A stretch of DNA of 64,000 nt from Stegostoma tigrinum (Eukaryota): contig NC_081363.1 of NCBI RefSeq assembly GCF_030684315.1, positions 40,455,254 to 40,519,253 of the forward strand, in the 5' to 3' direction. Of the stretch, positions 28,601-41,618 are shown piece by piece. The notes under the pieces are model-generated. The model ran no database searches. It saw only the letters and a list, made by a program, of their open reading frames with translations, and was not told the DNA's origin. Each line of letters begins with the position of its first letter. Position 1 is the first letter of the stretch. The position numbers and the translations under genes are program-made.

Positions 28601-29036
28601 AAGGCCCAGTTGTCTCAGCTAGTCAGCCGATATGCTAGAGATGAATGGACTCCCAAGAAAAATATGAAAGGATTGGAAAAAATCAATCAAGTAACACCCA
28701 GGGGTCTAAATCTATCAATATATTTGCCATGATATTTTAAAATATTATAATTCACTGCCTTTCCATAATGTTGTTCCTAACAATGCATATATTGTTTGAA
28801 ATCTTAATAATGTAATGAAATACTAAACCACCTTTATAGCATTCATTACTATTCAAAGTGTAAGGAAAACTCTTTAATTTTCTTTGAAAAATCTAGCTAA
28901 GTTAATCACATAATTTAATAATATGAACTTTAATCTTCTTGATAGCATTAAATGTGCCTGAATAATTATTCTAAATTATTAGAAATAGTGCAAAGCATGA
29001 GCCACAAAAGCTATATTTCATGCACTGAACTGCTAT
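25700..29036 (-). other. BAG5: Probable long AU-rich BAG5 3' UTR
   Basis: About 3.3 kb directly after the stop with no recognisable interspersed repeats, unlike the rest of the window. Several minus-strand AATAAA candidates. True end undetermined. Confidence 0.5.
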
Positions 29037-30383
29037 TCAATATTCCCATTCATCCGTTTTCATGTCTAGATAATTCAGAATATTCTGAGCAAATTTCACT
29101 GCTTGTTTTCTGGCAACCTTAGCACCATCATTCCCTTGTGTCTCTACCGCGTCGAGTGCTAGGAGCTGCTTTGTGAGCATTTCTTCCAGTCTCACATAAT
29201 TCTTGTCTGTTCTGTCTCCATCAAATGACAATACCTGCTTTTGAAATTCTGACAAATCACTCAGGACCTGCCATATAGCCTTTTGTGAAGGATGTTCATC
29301 TCTAAGCTGTTCTTCCATGTTTTCTCTCTTTGCAAGTGTCTCTTTAAGGTCAACATAAGCTATTACTGCCTGCACATCAACTACAGCTCTTCTCCTAGCT
29401 TCACGGATACATGGATTTTTGCCAATGTCTATTTTATCTAATTCAGTGAGAAGACTTTGCAGTTCTCCCTTTGGTTTTAAATGGAGATCAGAGGCATTTT
29501 CTCGTTGCAGCAGCTGTTGTTTTAAATGCGCTGTCTTCTGACCTATTTCTTCTATCTGTTTGATGGACTGATTTTGTGCTAGATCGTAACTTCCCGCAGC
29601 TTCGCCTTCTGATTCTATTTCCAAATGTTCTAGTAAACAATTGATTTCATGCACTACACGTTTCCGATAGTTTCTTGCTTCTGAGTGTCCAGCCACATCA
29701 ATCGCATCCAATTGCATTAACAATCCTGTGAGGATACGGGAAAGGTGTGCACAGTTCTCCAAGGTATTCAGGTTCATAAGCAGGCCAATTACATCCCATC
29801 TTGCTTTGCTAACTTCACATAAAACAGAGTTGATCTTGGGAACAGAAGCATGTGTACCTGCCGACAGAGGCAAAGATAATGCTTGCCGACCAATACAATT
29901 TTCAATAATGTCTTGCAGTGCACAAATCTTGGTCAAAGCTCGATATCTAGCTTTCCTCAAGCTAATTTTTCCTCCTGTTTTCACCTGTGTCAGTTGAAAG
30001 ATAATTTCTTGGATGCGCTCAGCAAATTCCTCCGTTATCAAACCCCCAGCTGAAGATAATTCATTCGTTACCAACTGTTGTGCATCACTGAAGACCTTTT
30101 CCACCTTCAGGCGAGATGGGTGAGTTGCAATTTGCTCTAACTCTTTGAGCAGCCCCTCCACATCGTTTACTGCACTTTTGCGGCCATGCTGAATGTCAGG
30201 CTTGCCATCAGTGTCCACTGCATCTAACTCAAACAGCAACTTGGTCAAGGTGCTCTCCAGGCGCTTGTATTCTCTATCAGACTGTGTACCACTGAACGAA
30301 ACTACAAGTCGTCTAGCTTCATGGATTTCCTTCTGAATTTCTTGGATTCTAATCATGGAAGGATGCTGTTGACCCATGGCCAT
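29037..30383 (-). CDS. BAG5: BAG family molecular chaperone regulator 5 (448 aa, single coding exon, tandem BAG domains)
   Basis: Open ORF MAMGQQHPSMIRIQEIQ...YLDMKTDEWEY. It has repeated BAG-domain motifs (LE..LTK.L..LDAV) and the BAG5-type C-terminus. A splice acceptor (gttttgcttcaatttcAG, AG at 30417-30416) lies 32 nt upstream of the ATG, matching the vertebrate BAG5 layout of non-coding exon 1 plus one coding exon. Confidence 0.97.
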   Translation of the reverse strand: MAMGQQHPSMIRIQEIQKEIHEARRLVVSFSGTQSDREYKRLESTLTKLLFELDAVDTDGKPDIQHGRKSAVNDVEGLLKELEQIATHPSRLKVEKVFSDAQQLVTNELSSAGGLITEEFAERIQEIIFQLTQVKTGGKISLRKARYRALTKICALQDIIENCIGRQALSLPLSAGTHASVPKINSVLCEVSKARWDVIGLLMNLNTLENCAHLSRILTGLLMQLDAIDVAGHSEARNYRKRVVHEINCLLEHLEIESEGEAAGSYDLAQNQSIKQIEEIGQKTAHLKQQLLQRENASDLHLKPKGELQSLLTELDKIDIGKNPCIREARRRAVVDVQAVIAYVDLKETLAKRENMEEQLRDEHPSQKAIWQVLSDLSEFQKQVLSFDGDRTDKNYVRLEEMLTKQLLALDAVETQGNDGAKVARKQAVKFAQNILNYLDMKTDEWEY

Positions 30384-30871
30384 ATTCCCTTTTTCCCTAA
30401 TGAGTCATAATGTGTCTGAAATTGAAGCAAAACATGTTGGTCAGGTGTTACTTCTTGGAATCAGGCCTCAACTCTATTTATTATTGCCTCCAGAATTCAA
30501 GTATTGTTAAGGGAAAGATCTGTAAATTGCCTACTACTCTATTTATGCATTTATTAAATATATTAATGCATGTTCTTTGTTTAGACAGAAATCGTGACAC
30601 AATTAATTAACTTCCACATGGCAAGGCAAAATTCTGAGGGAAGCCCATTGTGGTAACACAATCTAGATTGTGCAGTGACTTTGATTTTTTAAAATGCCAC
30701 AAATACTTTAGAAAAATGTTGCTTTTAAAACTATTTAAAAGTAAATTGGCTGCGCTCAACTTTAAGAGTGTCTCAGATTATTTAGACTGCAGTAGGCAAC
30801 AGACGTATTGATCTCTGCCTCCTATCCTTTAGACAGCCTACATACAAAAGTTACCATCATCTGTATAACAC

Positions 30872-31135
30872 CAATTCTTAAAAATTAATACCATTAATGC
30901 AATGTCTGTTTCCTGAAGTTATTTATCAAAAACTTGTGAAAATGCATAATTATACATCACCTTCAATCCTCTATTATTTTCAAACAACCCGATCAGGTTA
31001 GATGGATATAATTACCGTCAATTTTTAAAAAATTAATAACATTAATGCAGTCTCTGTTTCCTGAAGGTATTTATCAAATACTTGTGAAAATGCATAATTA
31101 TACACCACCTTCAATACCCTGTTATTTCAAACAAC
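30872..31135 (+). repeat. Diverged tandem duplication, period ~147 bp
   Basis: caatt(c/t)ttaaaaattaata...caaacaac at 30872-30988 and 31019-31135. Confidence 0.88.
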
Positions 31136-31182
31136 TCAATAGAATTGCTGTCTATTAACAATAAAGCTAAATAAGGAGCTAC

Positions 31183-31401
31183 AGAGATAGTAGGAACTGC
31201 CGATGCTGGAGTATCTGAGATAACATGGTGTGAAGCTGAATGAATACAGTGGGCCAAGCAGCATCAGAGGAGCAGGAAAGCTTGACGTTTCAGGTCGGGA
31301 CCCTTCTTCAGAAAAGGGTCCTGATCCGAAACATCAAGTTTTCCTGCTCCTCTGATGCTGCTTGGCCTGCTGTGTTCATTCAGCTTCAAACCATGTTATC
31401 T
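31183..31401. mobile_element. Mini fold-back PLE-pLTR element with intact minus-strand hammerhead core (31284-31311)
   Basis: TSD TAAATAAGGA(GC/AT)TAC at 31168-31182 and 31402-31416. Minus strand reads CTGAAGA-A-GGGT(CCCG)ACCT-GAAA-CGTC. Confidence 0.87.
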
Positions 31402-32709
31402 TAAATAAGGAATTACGTCAACTTCCTCCTCTCTAACTATATTTGTCAATGTTCCATTCATCACTCAGATTGTTCCCCAGCAGAAACCAGTACAATTCAC
31501 CTTGCACCTCCAAACCCAATCAGATAAGATCACTGAATATCATTATTTGTCACTAGTCATCATTTATATAAAATTTGGACTCAGAAATTACATTAGATTA
31601 TACCAGATAAACTACACAGAAACAGGCCATTTGGTCCAATTAATCAATGACAATCTTTATGGTCCACTCAAATCTCCCAACATCTTTTCTCATCTAAATG
31701 TACCATCGTTACAATCTATTCATTTCCCCCTCAAACATTTGACCAGATTTTCTTTAATCACATAAGATATGCTTCAACCACTCCCAGTGATAATGAGTTT
31801 GAACGACTTGATAATATATGAGTGAAGAAGTTTCTTCTGAATTGCATATGGGTTTCCTTGGTGGCTAGTTTATATTGATGGTCTCTAGTTCTTTAACAGA
31901 AGAAACAATCTCTCTGTATTTACTCAATCAAAACATTTTGCATTGTTTAAGACCTTAAGAGGTCATACTTAGTCTCTTTCTCCCCCAAGAGAGAAAAGAC
32001 CCAGCCTGTCAATCTTTTCTTGATATGTATGCCTGTGTACCCAGTATCATTCTTGCAGAGATTCTCTGCATTTTCTGAATGGAATGGTGGTCTAATTGGG
32101 GTTTATTGCAGGTTTAGCATAACTTTCCTACTCTGTTTCATTTCTAAATGAATAGAATTGAATAGACCTTGGTTCTGAAGAAGTCATGTCTGACTCAAAC
32201 ATTTATTGTTTCGCTCTCCAGAGATGCTGCAAGACCTATTGAGTTTCTTCAACACTTTATTTTTATTTCTAATCTCCAGCATGCACAGTACACTGATTTT
32301 AATGGCTTATGTACTTTTAAAAACAAATGATGTTGCTAATTTGAAGTGTAAATATTAATGAATGGTTTGTTTTGCTGCTCTACCCAATAAATAATAAGTG
32401 GCTTCCCTGTTCTTCTGAGCAAAATATACTACCTCATATTTTCAGGCAACTATGTTGAACTTCAATAATCAATTACCCATCCTACATATCTTTGGTAACA
32501 TGGGGCTGCTTTCCTCAGTGTCAAGATCCTGCTTTTTAAATTTAATTCCTAAATGCATTTCAGCAGGAACTCCTCCATATATCTATCAAGTCATTTTATA
32601 CATGCTCCAACACTGAACATAAAATCTGGATATATACCCTCCATTTGCAAGTGCCTCATTGGCTGCTGTGAGATATCTTTTCTTCTGACACTTGTGGGCA
32701 ACACGGCAA

Positions 32710-33830
32710 AGAATCATACAGCATGGAAACAGACCTTTCTGTCCAACTAATCCACGCTGAGCCATGTTCTCAAAATAAACCATCTGCCTGTTTTTGGCCC
32801 ATATCCCTCCAAATCATTCCTACTCATGTACTTATCCAAATATTGTTTAAATATTATAATTGTACCCGCATCCTCGACTCCCTCTGGCAGTTCATTTCGC
32901 ATACAAACCACTTTGTGTAAAAAGTTGCCCTCATGTCTTTTTAAAATTTTTTTTTCTCTCAACTTAAAAATACCACCCCTAACTTTGAACTCACCCACTT
33001 CAGGGAAAAGATCTTTGCAAGTCACTTTATCTATGCCCCTCGTGATTTCATAAATCTCAATAAGGTCACCCGGTAACCTCCTATGCGCCAATGAAAATAG
33101 TCTCAGCCTATTTTTATAATCCAAACCCTCCATTCCCAGTAATATCCCAGTAAAACTGTTCTGAACTCTCTCTAGTTATTGATATTTTTCCTATAACGGG
33201 GTGACCCGAACTGCACACAGTACTGCAAAAGAGGGCTCACCAATGTCCTGTACAACTTCAACAAGATATCCCAACTCCTATATTCAAACGCTCTGAGCAA
33301 TGAAGGCAAGTGCCTTCTTAACCACCCTGTGTGTCTGAACCCCTAGGTCTGTCTTTTCTACAACACTACTCAGAGCCTTACTATTAACTGCATAAGTCCT
33401 GTCCTCGTTTGTTTTACCAAAATGCAATATCTCACATTTATCCAAATTAACTCCATCTGCCACTCCTTAGTCCACTGACCAAAGTGACCAGGATCTCTTC
33501 ATAATTTCAGATAACCTTCTTCACAGGCCACTACACCATCAATTTTAGTGTCATCCACAAACTTACTAAACTGTGCATCCTACATTCTCATCCATATCAC
33601 TTATATAAATAACAAAAAGAAATGGACACAGAACCAATTCCTATGCTACACCACTGGTCACAGTCTTCCAGTAGAAAAAAACAACCCTTTATCACTACCC
33701 TTTGTCTCCTTCCTAAAGCCAATTTTCTATCCAATTAGCAAGCTCATCCTGAATCTCATTATGATTTAACTTTACTGATTAATTTACAATGTGAAAACTC
33801 ATTAAAGGTTTTATTTAAGTCCAAGCAAAC
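32710..33830 (-). mobile_element. CR1 LINE 3' fragment
   Basis: ORF 32747-33133 (LFSLAHRRLPGDLIEIYEI) matches the CR1 ORF2 C-terminus. Confidence 0.85.
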
Positions 33831-35503
33831 AACTTTTTTTAGCCTCAAAAACACCATCTATCATCACAATTATAGAGCATTATTATTACTACATTTCTAT
33901 TCTGGTCCCTGCAATCTGGTCAGCCTTCTGAGCAACAATGCCTTGATTTACACTGTGGCCTAATTCCCTCCCCTACTGTTTTCTAGAAAGGGAGTTGTAC
34001 GGGCATCGTCGCATAAGGGAGATTAGCAGTTTCTGAACAGTTTATCCAGGATATGGTATGCAGCAATGTAGTTTTAAAAAAAAGGATGTCACTGTCAGGG
34101 AGCTGGGAATGGGACTTTAAAGGATTTTGAGAAGGAGCTTCTTCAGATACTGGTTCTGCCATAACAGCAAGTGCTAGACATCTCCCGTAGTCATGCTAGC
34201 TCTGGACAGTCATGTCACCGACAAAATCCCATGTTGCGTAGTTCAGACTCAATTCAGAAAAGCAGAGAAAATGAAATGACTTGAAAACAATCAGAAAATG
34301 CTGGAAACGCTTAGCACACATCAGATAAAGTCATTCATCTGAAAGTAAGATGCTGCTTGGCCTGCTGTGTTCATCCAGCTACACACTTTGTTATCATCTG
34401 AACGTTAACTCTGTTTTTCTCTCTTCACATGTTCTGCCAGCATTTTGTAAAATGCAAAGGAATTGTGTTGAACTTGAATAGAACTTTAGTTAAATCACAT
34501 TTGACGTACTGTGCACAATGCTGACCTCCAGAATTAGAGTCCTGGAAAAACGTTTTTCAAAAAAAATACTAAATCCAAGCAGAAAATAGAAAAGCTACAA
34601 GAAGACTAGGAGACATAAAAACAAAGCCAAGCATTAAATATGCTTTGAATGTGGAATTAATTCAATAAGACAATGTTAGGGGTACACTAACTGAATGCAT
34701 GCAGAATGTACAATAAGGTAGATGCTTTAAAGGCACAAATACAAGTACGATATAATTACCACTACAGAACATGACTACATGACATTTAAGGATATTTGAC
34801 ATCTCAGAATTACAGACCAGGAGGAAAAGGGTGTGGAGCTCCACAAATAATAAAGAACGGGACCAATACATTACTGAGTAAGGATCCGGATTGGAAGAAC
34901 AATGTATGGAATCTACTCGGCTGGAGTTGGGAAACAGCAAGGGACAGCAGACACTGATGACTGAGAAGCTTTGGGAGGGATTCAGCAAAGGAGGGCAAAA
35001 ATATTTAAAAAGGAGAATAGAATATGAATACGATCTAGCAAAATACAAAAAACAGGCTGTAAATACATGTAATTTGGCTAAGCTGAATGTGGGTCCATTA
35101 CAGGCAGAACCAAGAGAATTTACAAGAAATAGAGAAACGGCTGAGAAGCTAAATTATTACCGCATGCTCATTTTCACCAAACATACAAGAAATCTCCCAG
35201 AATCAAGATCAATAACTAGGGCGAATGAGGAGTTGAAGCAAATTAGCATTAGTAAGATGGCTGTACTGGAGAAATTCATGGGGCTGAGAGCTGTTAAGTC
35301 CCTGGGGTCTGGTATTCCACATGCCAGAGTGGTGAATGAGATGGCTATAGAGGTAGTTGATACATTGGTGACCATGTTCCACAATTCTATAGATTTTGAA
35401 TTAATTTCTGCAGATTGGAAGCCAGCAGATGTCACCTTATTATTTAAGAAGGGAGCTAGAGAGAAAACAGGGATCTGAAGCCAAGTTAATTGTAGCAATG
35501 AAT

Positions 35504-37056
35504 GGATGTGAGTTTGCTCGCTGAGCTGGAAGGTTAGTTCTCAGACGTTTTGTCACCATTCTAAGTAACATCATCAGTGAGCCTCTGATGAAGCGCTGGT
35601 GTTATGTCCCGCTTTCTATTTATCTGTTTAGGTTTCCTTGGGTTGGTGATGTCATTTCCTGTTCTTTATCTCAGAGGATGGTAGATTGGCTCCAAATCAA
35701 TGTGTTTGTTGATGGAGTTCCAGTTGGAATGCCATGCTTCCAGGAATTCTCGTGCGTGTCTGTTTGGCTTGTTCTAGGATGGATGTGTTGTTCCAATCAA
35801 AAGTGGTGTCCTTCCTCATCTGTATGAAAGGATACTAGTGATAGTGGGTCATGTCATTTTGTGGCTAGTTGATGTTCATGTATCCTGGTGGCTAGCTTTC
35901 TGCCAGTTTGTCCAATGTAGTGTTTGTCACAGTTCTTGCAAGGTATTTTGTAGATGACGTTCGTTTTGCTTGTTGTCTGTATAGGGTCTTTTAAGTCCAT
36001 TAGCTGCTGTTTTAGTGTGTTGGTGGGTTTGCGGGCTACCCTGATGCCAAGAGGTCCGAGTAGTCTGGCAGTCATTTCGGCAATGTCTTTGATGTAGGGG
36101 AGAATGGTTATGGCTTCTGGGCCCGTTTTGTCTGTTTGTTTGGGTTTGTTGCTGAGAAATCGGCGGATTGTGTTCATTGGGTACCCGCTCTTTTTGAATA
36201 CGCTGTATAGGTGATTTTCTTCTGCTCTTCGTAGATCCTCTGTGCTGCAGTGTTTAATTATTCTAACGAGCCACCACACACTGCAGCACAGAGGATCTAT
36301 GAAGAGCAGAAGAAAATCACCTATACAGCGTATTCAAAAAGTACGGATACCCAATGAACACAATCTGCCAATTTCTCAGCAACAAACCCAAACAGACAAA
36401 ACGGGCCCAGAAACCATAACCACTCTCCCCTACATCAAAGACATTGCCGAAATGACTGCCAGACTACTCGGACCTCTTGGCATCAGGGTAGCCCACAAAC
36501 CCACCAACACACTAAAACAGCAGCTAATGGACTTAAAAGACCCTATACAGACAACAAGCAAAACAAACGTCATCTACAAAATACCTTGCAAGAACTGTGA
36601 CAAACACTACATTGGACAAACAGGCAGAAAGGTAGCCACCAGGATACATGAACATCAACTAGCCACAAAACGACATGACCCACTATCACTAGTATCCTTT
36701 CACACAGATGAGGAAGGACACCACTTTGATTGGGACACATATCTATCCTAGGACAAGCCAGAGACATGCACGAGAATTCCTAGAAGCATGGCATTCCAAC
36801 CGGAACTCCATCAACAAACACATGGATTTGGAGCCAATCTACCATCCTCTGAGAAAAAGAACAGGAAATGACATCACCAATCCAAGGAAGCCTAAACAGA
36901 TAAATAGAAAGCGGGACATAACACCAGCGCTTAGTCGGAGGCTCACTGATGATGTCACCTAGAATGGTGACGAAACGTCTGAGAACTAACCTTCCAGCTC
37001 AGCGAGCAAACTCACATCCAGAACCTCAACCGGAGCTACAAATCTTCTCAAAACTC
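35504..37056. mobile_element. Palindromic Penelope-like element (second family): two divergent 5'-truncated copies
   Basis: Arms 35504-36253 (-) and 36278-37019 (+) both encode NVIYKIPCKNCDKHYIGQTGRK (GIY-YIG). TSD TGTAGCAA(T/G)GAAT at 35491-35503 and 37057-37069. Inserted in an older CR1. Confidence 0.93.
36942..36983 (+). ncRNA. Type I hammerhead ribozyme motif
   Basis: CTCA-CTGATGA-T-GTCACC(TAGAAT)GGTGAC-GAAA-C-GTC-TGAG: 4-bp stem I, perfect 6-bp stem II, intact core. Confidence 0.88.
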
Positions 37057-40000
37057 TGTAGCAAGGAATACTAGAATCCATCACAAAGGTTGTGATAAAT
37101 AGACACTTGGATGATAATGATCTGGTTGGGCAGTTAGCTTGGGTTTGTGAACAATAAAAACATGTTTGACAAACTTGTTGAGGGAATTGCCAACGAAACT
37201 CACAAAAGGGTAATGATGGATGTAGTGTACTTGGATTTTCAGAAAGCTCTTGATAGGTCCCCTACAGGAGGTTGGTCACAAAATTAAACTATGTGGGATA
37301 GGACGCAATGCACTGGTACAAATTAATAATTGGCTAACAGGTAGAAAACATAGTAGAAATAAACAGTTCATTCTTGCATTAGCATATTGAGACTAGTGGG
37401 GTACAAAAATGATCAGTACTTGTGTCCGAACTATTCATATATATCAATGGACATGGGGACCAAATGCTATATTTCCAAATCTGACGATGATACAAGGCTA
37501 AGCAGGAATATGTGTCTTGAGGAATTTGCAAAGTGGATTCAGGAGGATTTGGACAGGCTTAGTGGGTGGGCAAGAGTGTAGCAAATGCAATAAAATGTGC
37601 AGATATGTCAGGTTGTCCACTTCTGTAGGAAGGATAGATGTGCAGAGTATTTATTGATTGGCAAATTAAAGCATACATATACAAAGGGATCTAGGTGTTC
37701 TAGACAGTAAGTTACTGAAGGCCAACATGCAGGTACGGCAAGCTTTTAGGAAGATTAATGGAATATTAGCCGTTATTGCAAAAGGATTTCAGCACAGTAG
37801 TACTTAAGTCTTGCTTCAATTCTTAAGAACATTGATCAGATCTGGAGGACTGTGCATTGTCTCTTTACCTCACAAATGACATTATTGCCATCAAGGAAGT
37901 GCAACAAAGATTTAACAGACTTCTTCCTGGGACAGCAGAAAAAAAGAATGGGCAAACAGGCCTTTATTCTATACAATTTTGGCAAGAGATGCTTTAATTG
38001 AAATCTCCCAAATACCTAAAATGATAGTTAGGACACATGCAGGCAACATGTTTCTCCTGGTTGGGGAGTCTAGGATTAGGGGACTACAGGGAATTTAGGG
38101 CTAAAATGAATAATTTTTTAAAATTGACAAACACATAGTAGTGAATCTTTGCAATTTTCTAACTCAGAGGACCGTGGAAATACAATGATCCAGTTAAATG
38201 TCAGAACAGGCTTGAAAGGCTGAATGACCTACACCTGTTTCTATATCCATTAACAAAAGACAGAGATGATCTTACAGAGGTCATTTAGATTCCAAAGAAG
38301 TTTGGCAGGTTAGACCTAAAGAAAAAATTTCCATTAGTGTGTGCCACAAATATGAGTCATTGAATAAATAAATAAGGAATTCGGAAGAAAATTCTTCAGT
38401 CAGGGTGGTTCCACACATAGAATTTACTCCAGAATTGTAATCAAAACAACTTTCAAGGATGCATTTAAGGGAAGGTTATATAAACTCGAGTGAGAAAGGA
38501 ATAGAAGGATCTGTTGATGTGTTGGAGGCTTTAATGGAGCATAAACTCATAAATCTTCTGGTCCAAAACATCAGTTTCTGCGCTGTAAGTAATATATATT
38601 TATTATCCCATTGCTTTTTAATTTCTCACTAACAAATCCATGCTGTCTGCCCACTTTTAAACCATGATTCTCCAAAAAAGAATTGGTTTGGTCCTCTTTA
38701 GCTGTTTGCACTTATTTACCTGCCACTGACTTTTGATGGTTGATTTGTATCTACTGGGAGTATCCCCCTTCACCTTTACAAACAGCAATGCAATATTTAG
38801 AATCTTCCAGTTATCTGGAGCCATTCCTGTTTCCAAGAATGAGCAAGACTGTAATTATACCTTCTGACAACAGAGCGTGAGCTTAGGAATCCTGGATGAA
38901 TTCCATCAAAACAGCAGGACCTGTACACAGTCTATTTATAGCCTTTTATCCATTTTTATATTGTACAACATCTCCTCCACTGCAATATTAATTCTATTTC
39001 ATGCCCCTAATTGACTTCACCATTTCTTAAAACTATTCTTATATTCTTTGTTTACATATTTCTTGGTTCTGTTTCACGTGAGCTTTCAATGGGTTGGCTG
39101 TGGATCAACTGAGAGCATTCTCACATTCTGAGACAAAAGGCTAAGAGTTTAAGTCATACTTCAGGAACATCAACTTTCCTGCTCCTCTGATGCTGCCTGG
39201 CCCGCTGTGTTCATCCAGCTCTACACCTTGTTATTACAGTTGACTCTTAACTGCCTTTTGAGAATGCCCAACAATCTTCATAATTCAAGGGCAATTGGGG
39301 ATGGGAAACAAATGCTGTCCTTGCCAGTGGTGCCACATCCACAGAAGTATAAAAAAATCCTATTTTTATATTCAAAATGTAGGACTGGAAACACATCAAA
39401 GATGATCACTTTGAGATTTTGCCCTTTGATCTTTTCTGGAGTCCACAAAACTGTCTCTAGGACCTCCTCCTTTTCCAACCTATGTCACTGGTTTCAATGG
39501 CAATCATAACTTCTGATTGTTTTCCTCATCTTCGGAGTATGTCCTGCAGCCAGTGATATTCAGTAAAACTGAAAACGTGCCTGTCTTTGTTAGGCTATAG
39601 TTGGGAGCACTATACCCCTGTTTATATCTAAAGCAATCACATTTTTTGTTGTATTGTTGAGCAAAGCCACAGGGCTAATAACAAGTGTTACAGAACAGAA
39701 GGGGTAAAGGTAGGAGTACCTTGACACTTCAGATTTGAACAAGACAACTGAGCATCAACCTCTAAGCCAATAAATAGTCTAAAGTAAATTTGAAACAATA
39801 CTTCAAAGTTTACCATGAAAATAAAGACAAGCAAACTGAGAGATCAATAACAAAGAGCAGGTCTCAATGTTTAAATGCAAAAAATTTTTAAAAATATTTA
39901 TCAGAGTAGGAAAGAGGATACCCTAAGGTCATTTTGGAGAGAGTAATGTGCTATGGCTGTTCAATTGAGATAAGCCAAACAGTCTTCCTCATCTTCACTT

Positions 40001-41618
40001 ATTTTATGGCTTTGTGATGCAAAAACATTCTAGAAATGTTCCACTTTGACAAAAACATCATCAATAATGATGAACAGTTACCTGAAGAGCAAAAATTAAT
40101 ATTTCAAAGTTATGCCTTAGCTCTTGTATTAGCTTCAAACAAATGATAAATACAATTGATATATGTGTACTGCATTCAGGTTTCACAAAGTTTTAAAACT
40201 CTGGCAGTATGGTTCTACTGGAAGGACTCAATTTCTATTGTACTCTTCACAAGTCAGCTGTCGCTTACTGGCTGTTAGCATTCGCACCTATGGTAGGTGG
40301 TATGTGATTTAAGACTTGACACTCGAGAGATTTCAGCACTTTATTTCGGCTGGTGCTTCTGTGCAATACTCATGGAGGCACTGTCATTTCCATGATATGT
40401 TAAACACAGCCTTCATCTGAGATTGTCAGATCTCACAAAATATCACATTGTACAATTCAAAGACCATGGAAATTGTCCTTATGTCCTACCTAATATTTAT
40501 TCCTCAATCAATAATAAAACTGCTCATATCACTGCTATTGTGGGAACTGTGGTGTGCAAATTAGGTGCCACATTTGTCCTCATTACAATAATGGCAACAT
40601 TTCAAATGTAGGCATTGGCTATGAAGCCCTTTGTGACATCCCATGGATATGAAAGGTACGATGTTACATTGGTCACGGAAGTGACAAGCGGCAAGGTATT
40701 CAATTGGGGACACGTTTGATCATTCACACTTTTCAGTCCTGGCTGAGATTAGCTGACTCAACAAATGCGAGTTTCTCAGGTTGTATTGCCTAGTATCACA
40801 ATGGGCTGCCAGTTTAGTCATGAGAGCTATGAGTGTTATTTGCAAGAACAGACGGATTTACTTAATCTATAAAAAATGATGGGTAGAGTTACTATTTGCA
40901 AGTAACATTAGTGTTACAGAAGTGCCAGGCAATTGCCATTTTAAAACAGAATCAAACCATTTTCCCCTTGCATTCAATGGCATTGCCGTTGCTGAATTCC
41001 CCTTTATGTATTTGAGGTTTACCACTGAGATGAAACAGAACTAGACCAGCTATTTAAATACTGTGGCTACAGCAGCATGTCAGACGCCAGGAAATGCATG
41101 CCAAGTGAGGAAATCAAGTGGGCATTGAATTATTATTTGGATATTTAAACTTTGCAAGGATTTGGGTAAAAAGCAGAAGATTGGCACGAGGTAATGATGC
41201 TCATGTAATGAACTGGTGCAGACATGGTAGGCTAAATAGCCTCCTTCTGCATAACACTTCTGTGAAGTAACTCATTTCCTGATTCCCCAAAGCCCATCCG
41301 CCATCAACAAGGCACAAGTCAGGAGAATGACAGATAATTGTCAAGAAGATTGACATCATGAAAAACAAAGCAATCCACTTGATTGGCATCACTGTAAACA
41401 TTCAGTGGTGCACAATGGCAGCAATGTAAGTCAGCTAGAAGATGCATGGCAGCAATTGTCACTGCTTCTTCAACAGCACCTTTGAAATCCACAATCTCCA
41501 TCACTAAATGGAACAAGGTCAGCTGTTATGTTGAAACAACACTATTTGCAAGTTTCCCTCAAAGTCATACATCACCCTGACTTTAAAATATATTGCCATT
41601 CCTTTACTTTTTTTTAAC

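Larger units (their letters stand above)
34640..38250 (+). mobile_element. Old CR1 LINE split by the palindromic PLE
   Basis: DWKPADVTLLFKKGAREKTG lies before 35490, and the RT continues after 37069 (ILESITK..., YLDFQKA, ISKSDDDT). Confidence 0.85.
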
